The notes under the pieces are model-generated. The model was not told the origin of the DNA and did no database searches. It saw only the letters and a list, made by a program, of their open reading frames with translations. Shown here one piece after another: positions 16,221 to 24,948 of a stretch of DNA of 31,494 bases (its first letter is position 1; each line of letters opens with the position of its first letter). The stretch lies in the IMG/VR virus record IMGVR_UViG_3300022917_000022, positions 1 to 31,494 of that record. One strand, written 5' to 3'. The DNA comes from a virus (lineage: Duplodnaviria; Caudoviricetes). The position numbers and the translations under genes were made by a program.

Positions 16221-17494
16221 CAGTCCACCACGACGTTTCGCTGGGCTTGGCCCGTGGACGACGGGTCGGCAGACGGCGCCGGCTTCTTCGGGTCGCCGAA
16301 CTTGGCGCGCATCTGCTTGTCGGCTCGGACAATGATCCGCTCGACCTTGCCAAGTTCGTCCATGAACTTGTCTTCGTCCTGGAATCGGTCCAAGTTGGAG
16401 GTGATGTTCTTGAGGAACAGGATGTCCTTGTCAGACATCGCGCCCTTGAGCTTGTCCAGGTTGGACGCCGCCAAGGTGTTCTGCAATTGCTCGATCTTTC
16501 CGGCGGCGGTGCGGGCCTTGGTGCCGGGGATTGCTCCTCGCATGCCCAGCGAGCCGGTAGCCGCGCGCAGGCTGTCTTCGTCGGAGCGAAGCTCGGTCAG
16601 CAGGTTCATTGCGTCCTGCAGCGTGGCTTGGCCTCCTTCGTACTCGGCCACCTTCTCGCGCAGCTTCTCGTCCAGCGAGCGGCGGGCTTCAGCGATCTTG
16701 AGGGTGAGTTCCTCGCGCTTGAGCGAGTTGCTTTCCTTATTCGCCGCAGCGTTCATTGCCGCGATGCGGTTGGACTCCCTCTTGATCGAGGTGTCATCCA
16801 CCAGGTGCTGAATCTCGACGCCCTTCTTGCGCAGATCCAACAGGACCGACTGCTCGCCGTAGCGGGCGGTGATCCCCTTCAGCTCAGCATCAGATACCGC
16901 CGACTTGGCATCGGCCTCGGCCTTCGTGAGCGTCGAGGGAGCCAACGCCTGTGCACGCTGCTCCGTCCCCAGCTTGCCGAGGTTCTCCAACAGCTTGTCG
17001 CCGCCAGGAATGCCGCCAGCGAACGCCCAGAGACCCCCGGATACCCATGGCTGGCGCTGCTGCACACCTTCGAGCATTCGCTGCTCGAATTCCGCGGGCT
17101 GGCCGGACTTCTTCAGGGTATCGACGCGGGTCTTCAGCAGCCTCTCGGCCACGTCGTTCTGCCCGGACTGCAGGGCAGCGAGCGTCGTGCCAACATCCCG
17201 AACGACGGACTTCTGCTGCTCCTCGTCCATCGAGGAGTAGATGTCCTTGTAGGCTTCGCGGTGCTCTGGGTACTTCAGCCTCAGCGCATTGATAGCCTGA
17301 AGGCTGGGCGCCTGCATGAACGACGCGAGGTCGCTTTGATACTGCTGCGCGCGAGCCTGCTGGGCCTGCTGCTGCTGCTGCTGCAACTGCACGTTGCGCA
17401 GCGCAGAGCCGACCTGCAGGCCGCCCATGATGCTCTGCAGGAAGTCGTCCTGCTTCGGCATCGCGGCGCTGTAGTTGATAGGCTCGATTGCCAC
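16217..17494 (-). CDS. DNA ejection protein, gp20-like by position
   Basis: MAIEPINY..., Gln-rich coiled coil; LKGAMSDKD motif. Confidence 0.75.
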   Translation of the reverse strand: MAIEPINYSAAMPKQDDFLQSIMGGLQVGSALRNVQLQQQQQQAQQARAQQYQSDLASFMQAPSLQAINALRLKYPEHREAYKDIYSSMDEEQQKSVVRDVGTTLAALQSGQNDVAERLLKTRVDTLKKSGQPAEFEQRMLEGVQQRQPWVSGGLWAFAGGIPGGDKLLENLGKLGTEQRAQALAPSTLTKAEADAKSAVSDAELKGITARYGEQSVLLDLRKKGVEIQHLVDDTSIKRESNRIAAMNAAANKESNSLKREELTLKIAEARRSLDEKLREKVAEYEGGQATLQDAMNLLTELRSDEDSLRAATGSLGMRGAIPGTKARTAAGKIEQLQNTLAASNLDKLKGAMSDKDILFLKNITSNLDRFQDEDKFMDELGKVERIIVRADKQMRAKFGDPKKPAPSADPSSTGQAQRNVVVDW

Positions 17495-17503
17495 TTCGAG
17501 CTC

Positions 17504-18217
17504 TCAGAAATTGATGGGAGGCATGCGCATGCCGCTGCCGCCGGCTACAACGCCGGCACCCGGTGCCGCGGCGGCCGCTCCTCCGCCACCAAACCCGCGA
17601 AGAGCGGCGAAGGCGCCAAGCCCTTGCAGAGCTGTGCCGAACACGCTTCGGTTCACGCCGCCCTGCGCAAGGACTCCACCGGCCTGAGCCGCGCCCTGCT
17701 GCTGCAGCAGGTTCGAGATCGCGCCGCCGGTTTGCAGACCAGCCGCACCGACACCAGCCGCGGAGTTCTGGCCCAACTGGGTCAGCCCACCGAGTCGGCT
17801 GTATTGGTCGCTGATGAGCTGCGACAGAAGCGCGGGGCTGAACTGGGCGAGCGCCGCTTGCGTGTTGCCGCCGCGGAGTCCACCGGTAGCCGAGGCGTTC
17901 GAGAGGATCGAATCGTTGCCCTGCTGAAGCAGCGCGGCGAACTGCGGCGATGCCTTCAGGGCGTCGATCGATGCCGATTGCGCGTCGTTGCCGTTCAGTC
18001 CGATCAGGTTCTGCTGAGCGGTCAGGGCGCCCGGGCCTGCGTCGGTGTACGGCTTGAGCAGTTCCTGCAATTGAGCAAGGTAGCGCTCGTTGGACGCAAT
18101 ACCCGCCTGCGCCGATCCAGCCTGGATGTTGGCCGCGTTGGTGGCGGCGTCGGCAGCCTGCGAAGCGCCCGTGATGGGGCCCAGGATCGAGCCGATGGCC
18201 TTTCCGACGAAGCTCAC
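17504..18217 (-). CDS. DNA transfer/ejection protein, P22 gp7-like
   Basis: ASATGGLRGGNTQAALAQF...LGQNSAAG motifs. Confidence 0.85.
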   Translation of the reverse strand: MSFVGKAIGSILGPITGASQAADAATNAANIQAGSAQAGIASNERYLAQLQELLKPYTDAGPGALTAQQNLIGLNGNDAQSASIDALKASPQFAALLQQGNDSILSNASATGGLRGGNTQAALAQFSPALLSQLISDQYSRLGGLTQLGQNSAAGVGAAGLQTGGAISNLLQQQGAAQAGGVLAQGGVNRSVFGTALQGLGAFAALRGFGGGGAAAAAPGAGVVAGGSGMRMPPINF

Positions 18218-18669
18218 GCCTCACCCCACTGGCGGCGCGTCAGGCCAAGCACATACACGCCGCGGAGTTCGCCGCCCACCATGGCTGCATCGCGGCGGAA
18301 GCCCTCGTCCACGAACCCCAGGCGGCGGCAGTAGTTCCGGGCCGCCTCAAGGCCCTCGATGACCTGGGCGGTCACTCGTTGAACCATGGGATGCCCGAAG
18401 CACCACGCGATGCAAAGGCGCCCGAGTTCGCGGCACCACGCCAGAGCCTTGCGAGTCAGCAGTGCGTGCAGGTCAAGCTCGATCCATCCCGACTCGATGA
18501 CGAGGAACGCGCCCACGAGCGAGCCCTCGACATAGGCGCCGAGGTAGTGGGCGTTCGGGTGATCGATGGCCGCGACGGGCCGGTGATCGTGGCCAGCGCG
18601 AGCAACGTACGGATCGGCACAGATCGCCGAAACGGCGTCCAGATCCGACAAGGGCTCCACTGACAGCAT
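18214..18669 (-). CDS. GNAT-fold protein, P22 gp14-like (DUF2824-like)
   Basis: ARNYCRRLGFVDEGFRR GNAT motif; position between the needle and gp7. Confidence 0.8.
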   Translation of the reverse strand: MLSVEPLSDLDAVSAICADPYVARAGHDHRPVAAIDHPNAHYLGAYVEGSLVGAFLVIESGWIELDLHALLTRKALAWCRELGRLCIAWCFGHPMVQRVTAQVIEGLEAARNYCRRLGFVDEGFRRDAAMVGGELRGVYVLGLTRRQWGEA

Positions 18670-18756
18670 CGCTCTCCCTCACGGGGTTGGCGAGCTGCTG
18701 GCGGCTCTTTTTCTCAGCGGGCCGCTACCGCGCGGCCGGGTTCGCGCGATTCTAGC
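18670..18756 (-). promoter_or_regulatory. Structured leader, copy 1 of a repeated element
   Basis: TAGAAT-CGCGC...CGGCCCGCTG-N7-GAGCCGCCAGCAGCTC...CCC-GTGA-GGG before the ATG; shared with 30143-30231. Confidence 0.7.
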
Positions 18757-19287
18757 TCAAGCCGCGTCCCACAGGGGAATTAGCCTGTTCGAGCCGTTCA
18801 CACTGACTGCCAGCCACCCGACAATGGCGGTGGTCGCGCCTGGCTTGTTGGCGGTCAACGCCGCTACTGCGGCGCCTGTCGTCACGGTCCGACTGGTCAG
18901 GGGTGTGGCCCCATCGAGCGTCTTGTTGGACAGGGTTTGAGAATTCGTGGTGCCAACGACGGCGCCAGTCGCTCCATGGGCCGCGGTGAGCGCTTCGTGC
19001 GCGTCGATGTCGGCCTGAGCAACGTTTGCACTCGCCTGCGCGGTGTTCGCGTCAGACTGAGCAGCATCGGCTGCGGCCTGGGCTGCGTCTGCGGCGGCTT
19101 GGGCGGCGTTCGCTGCTGCTTGCGCCGCATCAGCAGCGGCTTGAGCTGCATCCGCTGCTGCCTGAGCCACCACCACCGCATCCATAGAACCAGAGGCCCC
19201 ACGTTGGAGGGCCTCATACGCCCGCTGTAGTTCAGGGGTCGGCAGGAAGGACGCGATCTTGTCGCGCGTAAGCAGTGGGAGGCTCAT
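18757..19287 (-). CDS. Tail needle / plug protein, gp26-like
   Basis: Follows gp10; LTRDKIASFLP N-terminus; tandem AQAAADA heptads (coiled coil). Confidence 0.8.
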   Translation of the reverse strand: MSLPLLTRDKIASFLPTPELQRAYEALQRGASGSMDAVVVAQAAADAAQAAADAAQAAANAAQAAADAAQAAADAAQSDANTAQASANVAQADIDAHEALTAAHGATGAVVGTTNSQTLSNKTLDGATPLTSRTVTTGAAVAALTANKPGATTAIVGWLAVSVNGSNRLIPLWDAA

Positions 19288-20711
19288 CCCAGCCCCTCGA
19301 TCTGCGCCTCAAGCCGGGCGAACGAGTCGGGATAGGGGTTGTTCATCCCGCGGAGCCGGAATGTTCTGTAATGCCGCACCTGCCCGATTCGGCGCCACGC
19401 CGTTCGCTTCAGTCTCTGCCCGGGGTACGTGAGGGCAGAGGGCTTCGGTTGGCTGTAGGTCTCGCCGTCGTCGCTGTAGGTCAGGAACACCGAGGCGCCG
19501 ACAGTAGGCGTCGGGCTGAGCGGGGACACGGCTTGTCTCCCAGGAAGGCGCACCAGTTCGAGGTCATGGATGATCGCTCCACGCCCTTCGTTGTAGAGCA
19601 TCACGGTGTCGAACTGCCACGGCACGGTTTCGCCGAACTGGCGCGCGTCACCCTCGGTGAAGTACCCGAACTTGTTGGTTTGGATGTCGCCGAATAGCCA
19701 CTTGTCATAGGCTCGAACGAAGTTGCGGGCCCTGAACGCCTGATCCCCGTTCGCCCCTGATGAAAGGGTGAACCACACGGGCTCCTGGAGGATCGCAGAA
19801 GCCGCCGCGTCGTAGACGATGGTCTTGTCCGGCAGGTGGATGTAAAGCCAATCGTGCAGCTTGTCGGAGCGCGCCTCAACCACCAACGACGCAAGCTCGG
19901 CCTCGGTGTAGTCCTGCAGCGTGCGCTCGATCTGCGCGGTTGCGATCTTCGACACCTGCCCGGGCCCACCGATGTAGACCGACAGGGATTCGTTCAAGCC
20001 GCCGCCGACGAACGCGAAGTTGTCGAGGTAGTAGCAGCTCGCGTGAAGCCCAATGCTGCCCTTGGGGATCATCGCTCCCTCCACGCGCTGGAATGGGAAG
20101 CCAGAGCCGCCGACGTTCTGGAACACCTCGACCGTGTAGCGGTTGACCGCGTACACCTCGTTCCTGATGTAGAGCAGGCTGTTGACTGGATCGGGCGATG
20201 CCTCGCTCGAACCGTATTTCAACGGGTTCACGCTCATGGGGTCGTTCAGGTCCGTGACCACGAGGCTGGCCCCATCGGTGGTCATGTAGTAGCCGGCCGC
20301 CCAGATCACATCGAGGGCGGTGCCAAGGTCCGTGTCGGTTACCTCGGTGACGCCGGAGCCGTGGATGAAGTAGAAGAGGCGTCCAGCGGAGGCGATGGCC
20401 AGTCGGTCGAAACCATTGACGAGGATGACGCGCTTCCCGTCGTCGGCGATGAAGCCCATGAAGTCGGTCGATTGATCCGCGTTCACACGGACGAGGAACG
20501 AGCCGGCGACGCGGTACATGACCCCTTGCCAGTTGATACCGCCCCGATCCGTGTAGGCAGAGGTCGCGAACTCGACCATGCCCTCAGCGCTCCGCAAGTA
20601 GCCTTTGCTGATGCCCTGGTCTGTTGGCACAGGGACAAGGTTCATCGGGTACGACGTGCGGAAGTTCGCCTGCGCGTCTACCGTGATACCCGAAAGCACT
20701 GGGATTTGCAT
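19284..20711 (-). CDS. Packaged DNA stabilization protein / tail hub, P22 gp10-like
   Basis: MQIPVLSG...FRTSYPMNLVPVP...GYLRSAEG; YGSSEASPDP; about 475 aa as for gp10. Confidence 0.9.
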   Translation of the reverse strand: MQIPVLSGITVDAQANFRTSYPMNLVPVPTDQGISKGYLRSAEGMVEFATSAYTDRGGINWQGVMYRVAGSFLVRVNADQSTDFMGFIADDGKRVILVNGFDRLAIASAGRLFYFIHGSGVTEVTDTDLGTALDVIWAAGYYMTTDGASLVVTDLNDPMSVNPLKYGSSEASPDPVNSLLYIRNEVYAVNRYTVEVFQNVGGSGFPFQRVEGAMIPKGSIGLHASCYYLDNFAFVGGGLNESLSVYIGGPGQVSKIATAQIERTLQDYTEAELASLVVEARSDKLHDWLYIHLPDKTIVYDAAASAILQEPVWFTLSSGANGDQAFRARNFVRAYDKWLFGDIQTNKFGYFTEGDARQFGETVPWQFDTVMLYNEGRGAIIHDLELVRLPGRQAVSPLSPTPTVGASVFLTYSDDGETYSQPKPSALTYPGQRLKRTAWRRIGQVRHYRTFRLRGMNNPYPDSFARLEAQIEGLG

Positions 20712-20720
20712 GCGGATCTC

Positions 20721-21356
20721 TCAAATGATCAGATACACATCGCCGTTAGGTGCGAGCATTCGAGTGCCTTTTGTTCCGGCCATCTCAGCAAGCTTGAGAG
20801 TTGCGCCGCTTGGCCTCTTGGCCCCGACAATGACTTCGCCCTCGTAAACAAGCGGAAGACTTAGGCGAGTCCTGAGGTTCACCGCAACGCGCGCGTCAAT
20901 GACTGCATACGGGTCCGGGGTTCCCACGAAGATAAGAGGCGCATAGGTGGACAGCACCAGAGAACGGACACCCGGGATCAGCGTCGGACTCTGGTTTGCC
21001 TGCGCGACCGTCGGGACGTACGTCGTCAGCGACAGCGCCCGCGTGAGCGGGGTCACCGTCAGGTTTGCCGTCTGAATGAGCGTTGGCGCGTAGCTCGCAA
21101 GCGTCAGCGCTGTTCTCGGCGGAACCAGCGTCACCGCCTGCAGCACCGTGGGCGCGTAGGTCGTCAGCGTCAGGGCTGTGACGCCGGGCACCAACGTCAG
21201 CGTTGTCGTCTGCGTTACGGTGGGCGCAAAGGTTGCGAGTACAAGCGCCACGACTCCGGGGATCAGGGTCGTGGTCGTGCCTGCCGCAAGGCTCGGCAGG
21301 AAGGCCCGGCGCCGGGCAATCCGGCGAGGGGCGGGCTTGTACAGGTTGCGGAACAT
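20721..21356 (-). CDS. Putative fibre backbone protein with five approximately 24-aa repeats
   Basis: T-L-x-P-G-x-x-A-L-x-L-x-T-Y-A-P-T repeats; basic N-terminal peptide. Confidence 0.75.
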   Translation of the reverse strand: MFRNLYKPAPRRIARRRAFLPSLAAGTTTTLIPGVVALVLATFAPTVTQTTTLTLVPGVTALTLTTYAPTVLQAVTLVPPRTALTLASYAPTLIQTANLTVTPLTRALSLTTYVPTVAQANQSPTLIPGVRSLVLSTYAPLIFVGTPDPYAVIDARVAVNLRTRLSLPLVYEGEVIVGAKRPSGATLKLAEMAGTKGTRMLAPNGDVYLII

Positions 21357-21637
21357 CAGCCGATCAAACGCAGCTTGCCTTGCTCGTCAAACGCGCCAAG
21401 TACGGCCAAGCGCTGCTGAACCGACAGCCCCAAGAGCATGCGAGCCAGCGGCCTAGCCGCCTCACCCAGCTTGCGTAAGGTCCGCTCCTCAACCTCCTCG
21501 GCGATCATCGGGTAGTCGCCGTCATGCCCGACGATCTCGTAACGCTTCGTCTGCTCTGCGCACCACTCAGCCTTGCGCTCGTCGCTCCAGCGGCAGCCGC
21601 GCGGCAGGTCATCGGCGGTGAATGTCTTGCCCTTCAT
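21356..21637 (-). CDS. Hypothetical protein (possible assembly chaperone)
   Basis: AAGGAG RBS; charged helical 93 aa inside the structural module. Confidence 0.7.
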   Translation of the reverse strand: MKGKTFTADDLPRGCRWSDERKAEWCAEQTKRYEIVGHDGDYPMIAEEVEERTLRKLGEAARPLARMLLGLSVQQRLAVLGAFDEQGKLRLIG

Positions 21638-21647
21638 GTGTTGCTCC

Positions 21648-22109
21648 TTAGCCGACTTCTTGGCAGATGAGTTGACCGGTGATCGTCAGCGAGTCGGCTG
21701 CCGCAGGAATCTCCAGCGTTGCCCGCAGACCAGAGGTCAGCAGCACCTGCTCCTCTTGTGTGAATCGCACTCGATCAGGCATGCGGACGTTCCAGCCGTA
21801 GGAACCGCGGGTCACGATCGTTCCGCCTGAAGCCTTGGTGGTGTTTGCCTGCTCGGCAACGAAGGTTGCGGCGGCGTTGGAGGTATCCATTGCGGTCGGC
21901 GTTGACGCACTGCCGCCAGAGCCGCTCGTTGTCTGTCCGGTCTTGACCGTGAGCAACAGGATTTCTTCCGCGGCATCGCCCGTGTCACTGGTCTGCGCGA
22001 TGTCGTACCCGAGCACCACCAACGGCTTTGTCGAGGCCGCCGTCACCTCGGAAAGGTCGACGTTTGCGTTGCCTGTGTAAGTGAACGGAACTCCAAAGAC
22101 GCCTGACAT
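21648..22109 (-). CDS. Putative structural/adaptor protein (beta-sandwich)
   Basis: GGAG RBS; Thr/Ser/Gly-rich beta-type sequence. Confidence 0.75.
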   Translation of the reverse strand: MSGVFGVPFTYTGNANVDLSEVTAASTKPLVVLGYDIAQTSDTGDAAEEILLLTVKTGQTTSGSGGSASTPTAMDTSNAAATFVAEQANTTKASGGTIVTRGSYGWNVRMPDRVRFTQEEQVLLTSGLRATLEIPAAADSLTITGQLICQEVG

Positions 22110-22118
22110 GGCTTTCTC

Positions 22119-22823
22119 CTAGAAACGAAGCATTTCGGCGAAGCGAGCGCCGCGGTTGAAGGGGACGTGAGACGCAGCGGCAGCGGCGCCGGCCTTGAAA
22201 GCCGCTCCCTTGATGCCGTAAACGCTGAACACCGACTGAGTGCCGTTGAAGTTCTTCACACCGGCCGCCCCGGCGCTGAGTTGGTGGTGGCCGTCATTGG
22301 CCAGTACACCGATGTCAGCGAAGCTGAAGTTCGTTAGCCCAGTCATGCCTGACCAGACAGAACCGCCGTGGATGATCGCGACGATGATGCAATCGTCAGT
22401 GTTGGCGGTCGTGATGCTCCAAGGCACCGGGTCCACAGAACCGACGTTCGAGTCACCCTGCAGGCTCACTTCATTGCCGGTGTAGAACGCGGCGGTATCT
22501 CCACCCTGCAGCTCGATCATGCTCGCCGCCCAGACCGCCGATCCAGACAGGGTGCCGTTCATCGTCTGCGATCCGCTGCCCGGGATGTTGGCGTGATAGC
22601 AGAGCTGCATGCGGCACGTTGATGTCACCGTGAGCGGCGAGCCGATGAGCGTCATCGTGCCGCCGCCGGAGAGGGTCGGTGCGGTAAGCGTAATGGTCGT
22701 GCTCTGCCAGATGAGCAGACCGACTGCTTGGCGGCCAGCCGTCAGCGTCAAGGCGGCAGACGCCGGGGATGCGCTTGTCCCCGAGCTGTCTGCCGATACG
22801 CCGGCACCTAGGGTGATAGCCAT
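22119..22823 (-). CDS. Putative virion adhesin/fibre domain
   Basis: Ser/Thr/Gly-rich tandem beta domains; C-terminal AAAAAS linker plus basic peptide. Confidence 0.7.
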   Translation of the reverse strand: MAITLGAGVSADSSGTSASPASAALTLTAGRQAVGLLIWQSTTITLTAPTLSGGGTMTLIGSPLTVTSTCRMQLCYHANIPGSGSQTMNGTLSGSAVWAASMIELQGGDTAAFYTGNEVSLQGDSNVGSVDPVPWSITTANTDDCIIVAIIHGGSVWSGMTGLTNFSFADIGVLANDGHHQLSAGAAGVKNFNGTQSVFSVYGIKGAAFKAGAAAAASHVPFNRGARFAEMLRF

Positions 22824-24007
22824 CAGCTCACCCGCATGGCGCAGATCGCCGATGTACCGGAGTTCATGCGCAGGTACACCTGAACGCCGGCAATGTGGAA
22901 CTCCAAGAAGCGGCCGTATGTGCCGTTGGCGCTCGCGGCAGGCACCGTGACTCCACCAGGGGTGACGCTAGTCACAACCCAGGCATTGCCGCCTTGGTAT
23001 GGATTCGAGGCGGGCGGCGTGACATAGCGAATCGAGTTGCCCGTGTCAGCCATCAGCACGAAACGGTCGTTGACCGAGTCCCAGAAGCCGCTGGTGTACG
23101 GGTCAGTTGGAAGCGATGCTGACGTGGTGTTCAGGCTCGGCACATACCAGTCGTTCCCGGTGCCGTTGTTCGTCCTGTAGAACTGAAGCGTCGTGCCGCC
23201 ACCGATGCTGGCGAAGATGCCGCGGTTGTTGTCGATGGCGCCAGTTGACCGGTCGTAGGTGCCGCTCCAGTTCTTGGTTTGAGCACTGATGCTGTGCGTG
23301 TTCGCCGCGCAGTCGTAGTAGCCGATGCGGTCGAATTGACCAGTCGGCATGTACCAGACGCGATCACTTGAAGTCTCGTAAGCCGCCAAGCTTGCTGGCG
23401 CACTACTCGGCATCGAGGCCAGCGTGCTGAGCCAGGGCTGAGAAGCGCCGCTGAAGCCGGGGCTTGCCTGCAAGAAGTTGAAGCGATCCAGCCGCGTGTT
23501 TGAACTGGTGTCGCTGTACCTGTACAAGCAACCCATGCGCAGCAGCACGCCCCTGGAGGCCCCAGGGTAGACGATGCCGCTGTAGGAGTGGCCTGTGACG
23601 GGGTTGCCGTTGCCGTCTACGTCGGCGTTCTGGATGATGGGAGAAGTTCGCCCACGCAGGAGATTCCACGTCGGGGATCCCTCCATCGGCCCCCATGCAT
23701 ACAGCTCGTCGTAGCTGATCGTGTGGCCGCCGCCTACAAGGACGAGGAAGGTCCCTGCCGTGAACGTGGCGCCGATGTATAGGCCGCCAGTGACCAGGAT
23801 GCCCCCGGAGTAGCTGTCAACGATCTGGTCGCCGCTGGTCAACATGGCGCCGCTCGTGCTGAGCGTGCTGTTGCTGACGTTCGACCAATCGCCTACAGCA
23901 AGGGACGTGATCCAGGAAGGCGCGACAGCAGGCGCAGTGGCGCCGCGCAAAGCCACCGCAGGAATGCGGGGAGGCTTGGGCAGGCGACCGAGTGCACCGA
24001 TGTACAT
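22823..24007 (-). CDS. Putative beta-propeller (Kelch-like) receptor-binding protein
   Basis: APSW..., LVGGGH, GHSYSG, YD..., W motifs of propeller blades; basic/Pro-rich N-terminal peptide. Confidence 0.65.
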   Translation of the reverse strand: MYIGALGRLPKPPRIPAVALRGATAPAVAPSWITSLAVGDWSNVSNSTLSTSGAMLTSGDQIVDSYSGGILVTGGLYIGATFTAGTFLVLVGGGHTISYDELYAWGPMEGSPTWNLLRGRTSPIIQNADVDGNGNPVTGHSYSGIVYPGASRGVLLRMGCLYRYSDTSSNTRLDRFNFLQASPGFSGASQPWLSTLASMPSSAPASLAAYETSSDRVWYMPTGQFDRIGYYDCAANTHSISAQTKNWSGTYDRSTGAIDNNRGIFASIGGGTTLQFYRTNNGTGNDWYVPSLNTTSASLPTDPYTSGFWDSVNDRFVLMADTGNSIRYVTPPASNPYQGGNAWVVTSVTPGGVTVPAASANGTYGRFLEFHIAGVQVYLRMNSGTSAICAMRVS

Positions 24008-24009
24008 CG

Positions 24010-24474
24010 TCAGGTGATCGTCAAGATCCCCGATGCGTTGGCCTGCACGGTCAGCGTGTTGCCGGCCGTGGTGACAGGAACGTCAGCCGGCGTCGAGTCA
24101 CCAAGGAAATGGCCCAGGATCGGGTTTAGCTTGCCGTTGAGCGTTCCGAGGTAATACAGGACCGCACGCCGCCACACGGGAATGCCCGCGCCGCTCGCAG
24201 TCCACGATGCGTTGCCCATGGTGAACGTCACAACGCCGCCGGCCTGGCTCAGCGTGGTTGATGCAGGGGTAGCTCCACCGGTCGTGTACCCGTTGCCGTT
24301 GGCGATCTCGTTGCCGGAAGCGACAGCCCACAGCTCATCGGTAGCGTTGTTGGGAGTCCATGACGAGGTGACGAGAGCCAAACGCCAGTTCGCTGAGCTT
24401 GCGGCCAGCAGGTTTGTCGCGTTCTCGAAGTTGAGCTTTGCGAGATTGGGGATGACCCATGCGGCAGCCGCCAT
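24010..24474 (-). CDS. Small virion fibre subunit (GNGYTxGG family)
   Basis: RLALVTSSWTP...NEIANGNGYTTGG...WTASG...AVLY...GILTI pattern common in phage structural regions. Confidence 0.75.
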   Translation of the reverse strand: MAAAAWVIPNLAKLNFENATNLLAASSANWRLALVTSSWTPNNATDELWAVASGNEIANGNGYTTGGATPASTTLSQAGGVVTFTMGNASWTASGAGIPVWRRAVLYYLGTLNGKLNPILGHFLGDSTPADVPVTTAGNTLTVQANASGILTIT

Positions 24475-24484
24475 GATTTACCTT

Positions 24485-24946
24485 TCAGCCGATGCGGTAC
24501 CAGGAGGCCTGCACCGCATCGAAAACCAGTCGAAAGAAGCCGCCAGCGGCCATCGTTGTAGGGGCGCCGCTCACGCTCGTGGCGCCGCTGCCGACAATGG
24601 TCAGCGTGGTTACCGCCTGCGTCGTGTGCACAACCACCTGCTGTCCGTGCTCGCACGTAGCAACTTGAGGGAGGGTTACCGTCCCAGCCGCGTAGCCTGC
24701 AAGAGGGGTCAACAGCAGGAACACGCCGCCGCCCTCCTGAATGGGGCTAACGGTGACGTTGAAGCCGCTTGCAGCCGGCGACGAATACTGCGAAGTCAGG
24801 TCGTTGGCTGCGGTGAGTTGTTCTTGCAGAAGCGCGGTCAGTTGCGACACCGACGCGCGCCGGTCCTGCCCGTTTGTGGCGTCTCCGAACGGGATCTGAG
24901 ACGACGCGGAGAAGTCGCCCTCGCTGAGTCTTTGGATGGCAGCCAT
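24485..24946 (-). CDS. Conserved virion protein downstream of gp4
   Basis: NGQDRRASVSQL...LLTPLAGYAAGTVTLP...WYRIG; GGAG RBS. Confidence 0.8.
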   Translation of the reverse strand: MAAIQRLSEGDFSASSQIPFGDATNGQDRRASVSQLTALLQEQLTAANDLTSQYSSPAASGFNVTVSPIQEGGGVFLLLTPLAGYAAGTVTLPQVATCEHGQQVVVHTTQAVTTLTIVGSGATSVSGAPTTMAAGGFFRLVFDAVQASWYRIG

Positions 24947-24948
24947 GG

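Noticed and set aside
16247-18334. 695-aa + strand ORF (likewise 28088-30166, 25736-27088, 14190-15596, 9237-10625)
   Set aside because: Shadows of well-supported - strand structural genes
18692-18724. Repeated leader as a known riboswitch, ribozyme or nut site
   Set aside because: I could not match it to hammerhead, HDV-like, SAM-II, SAH, preQ1 or boxA/boxB consensus by eye; left unassigned pending an Rfam search
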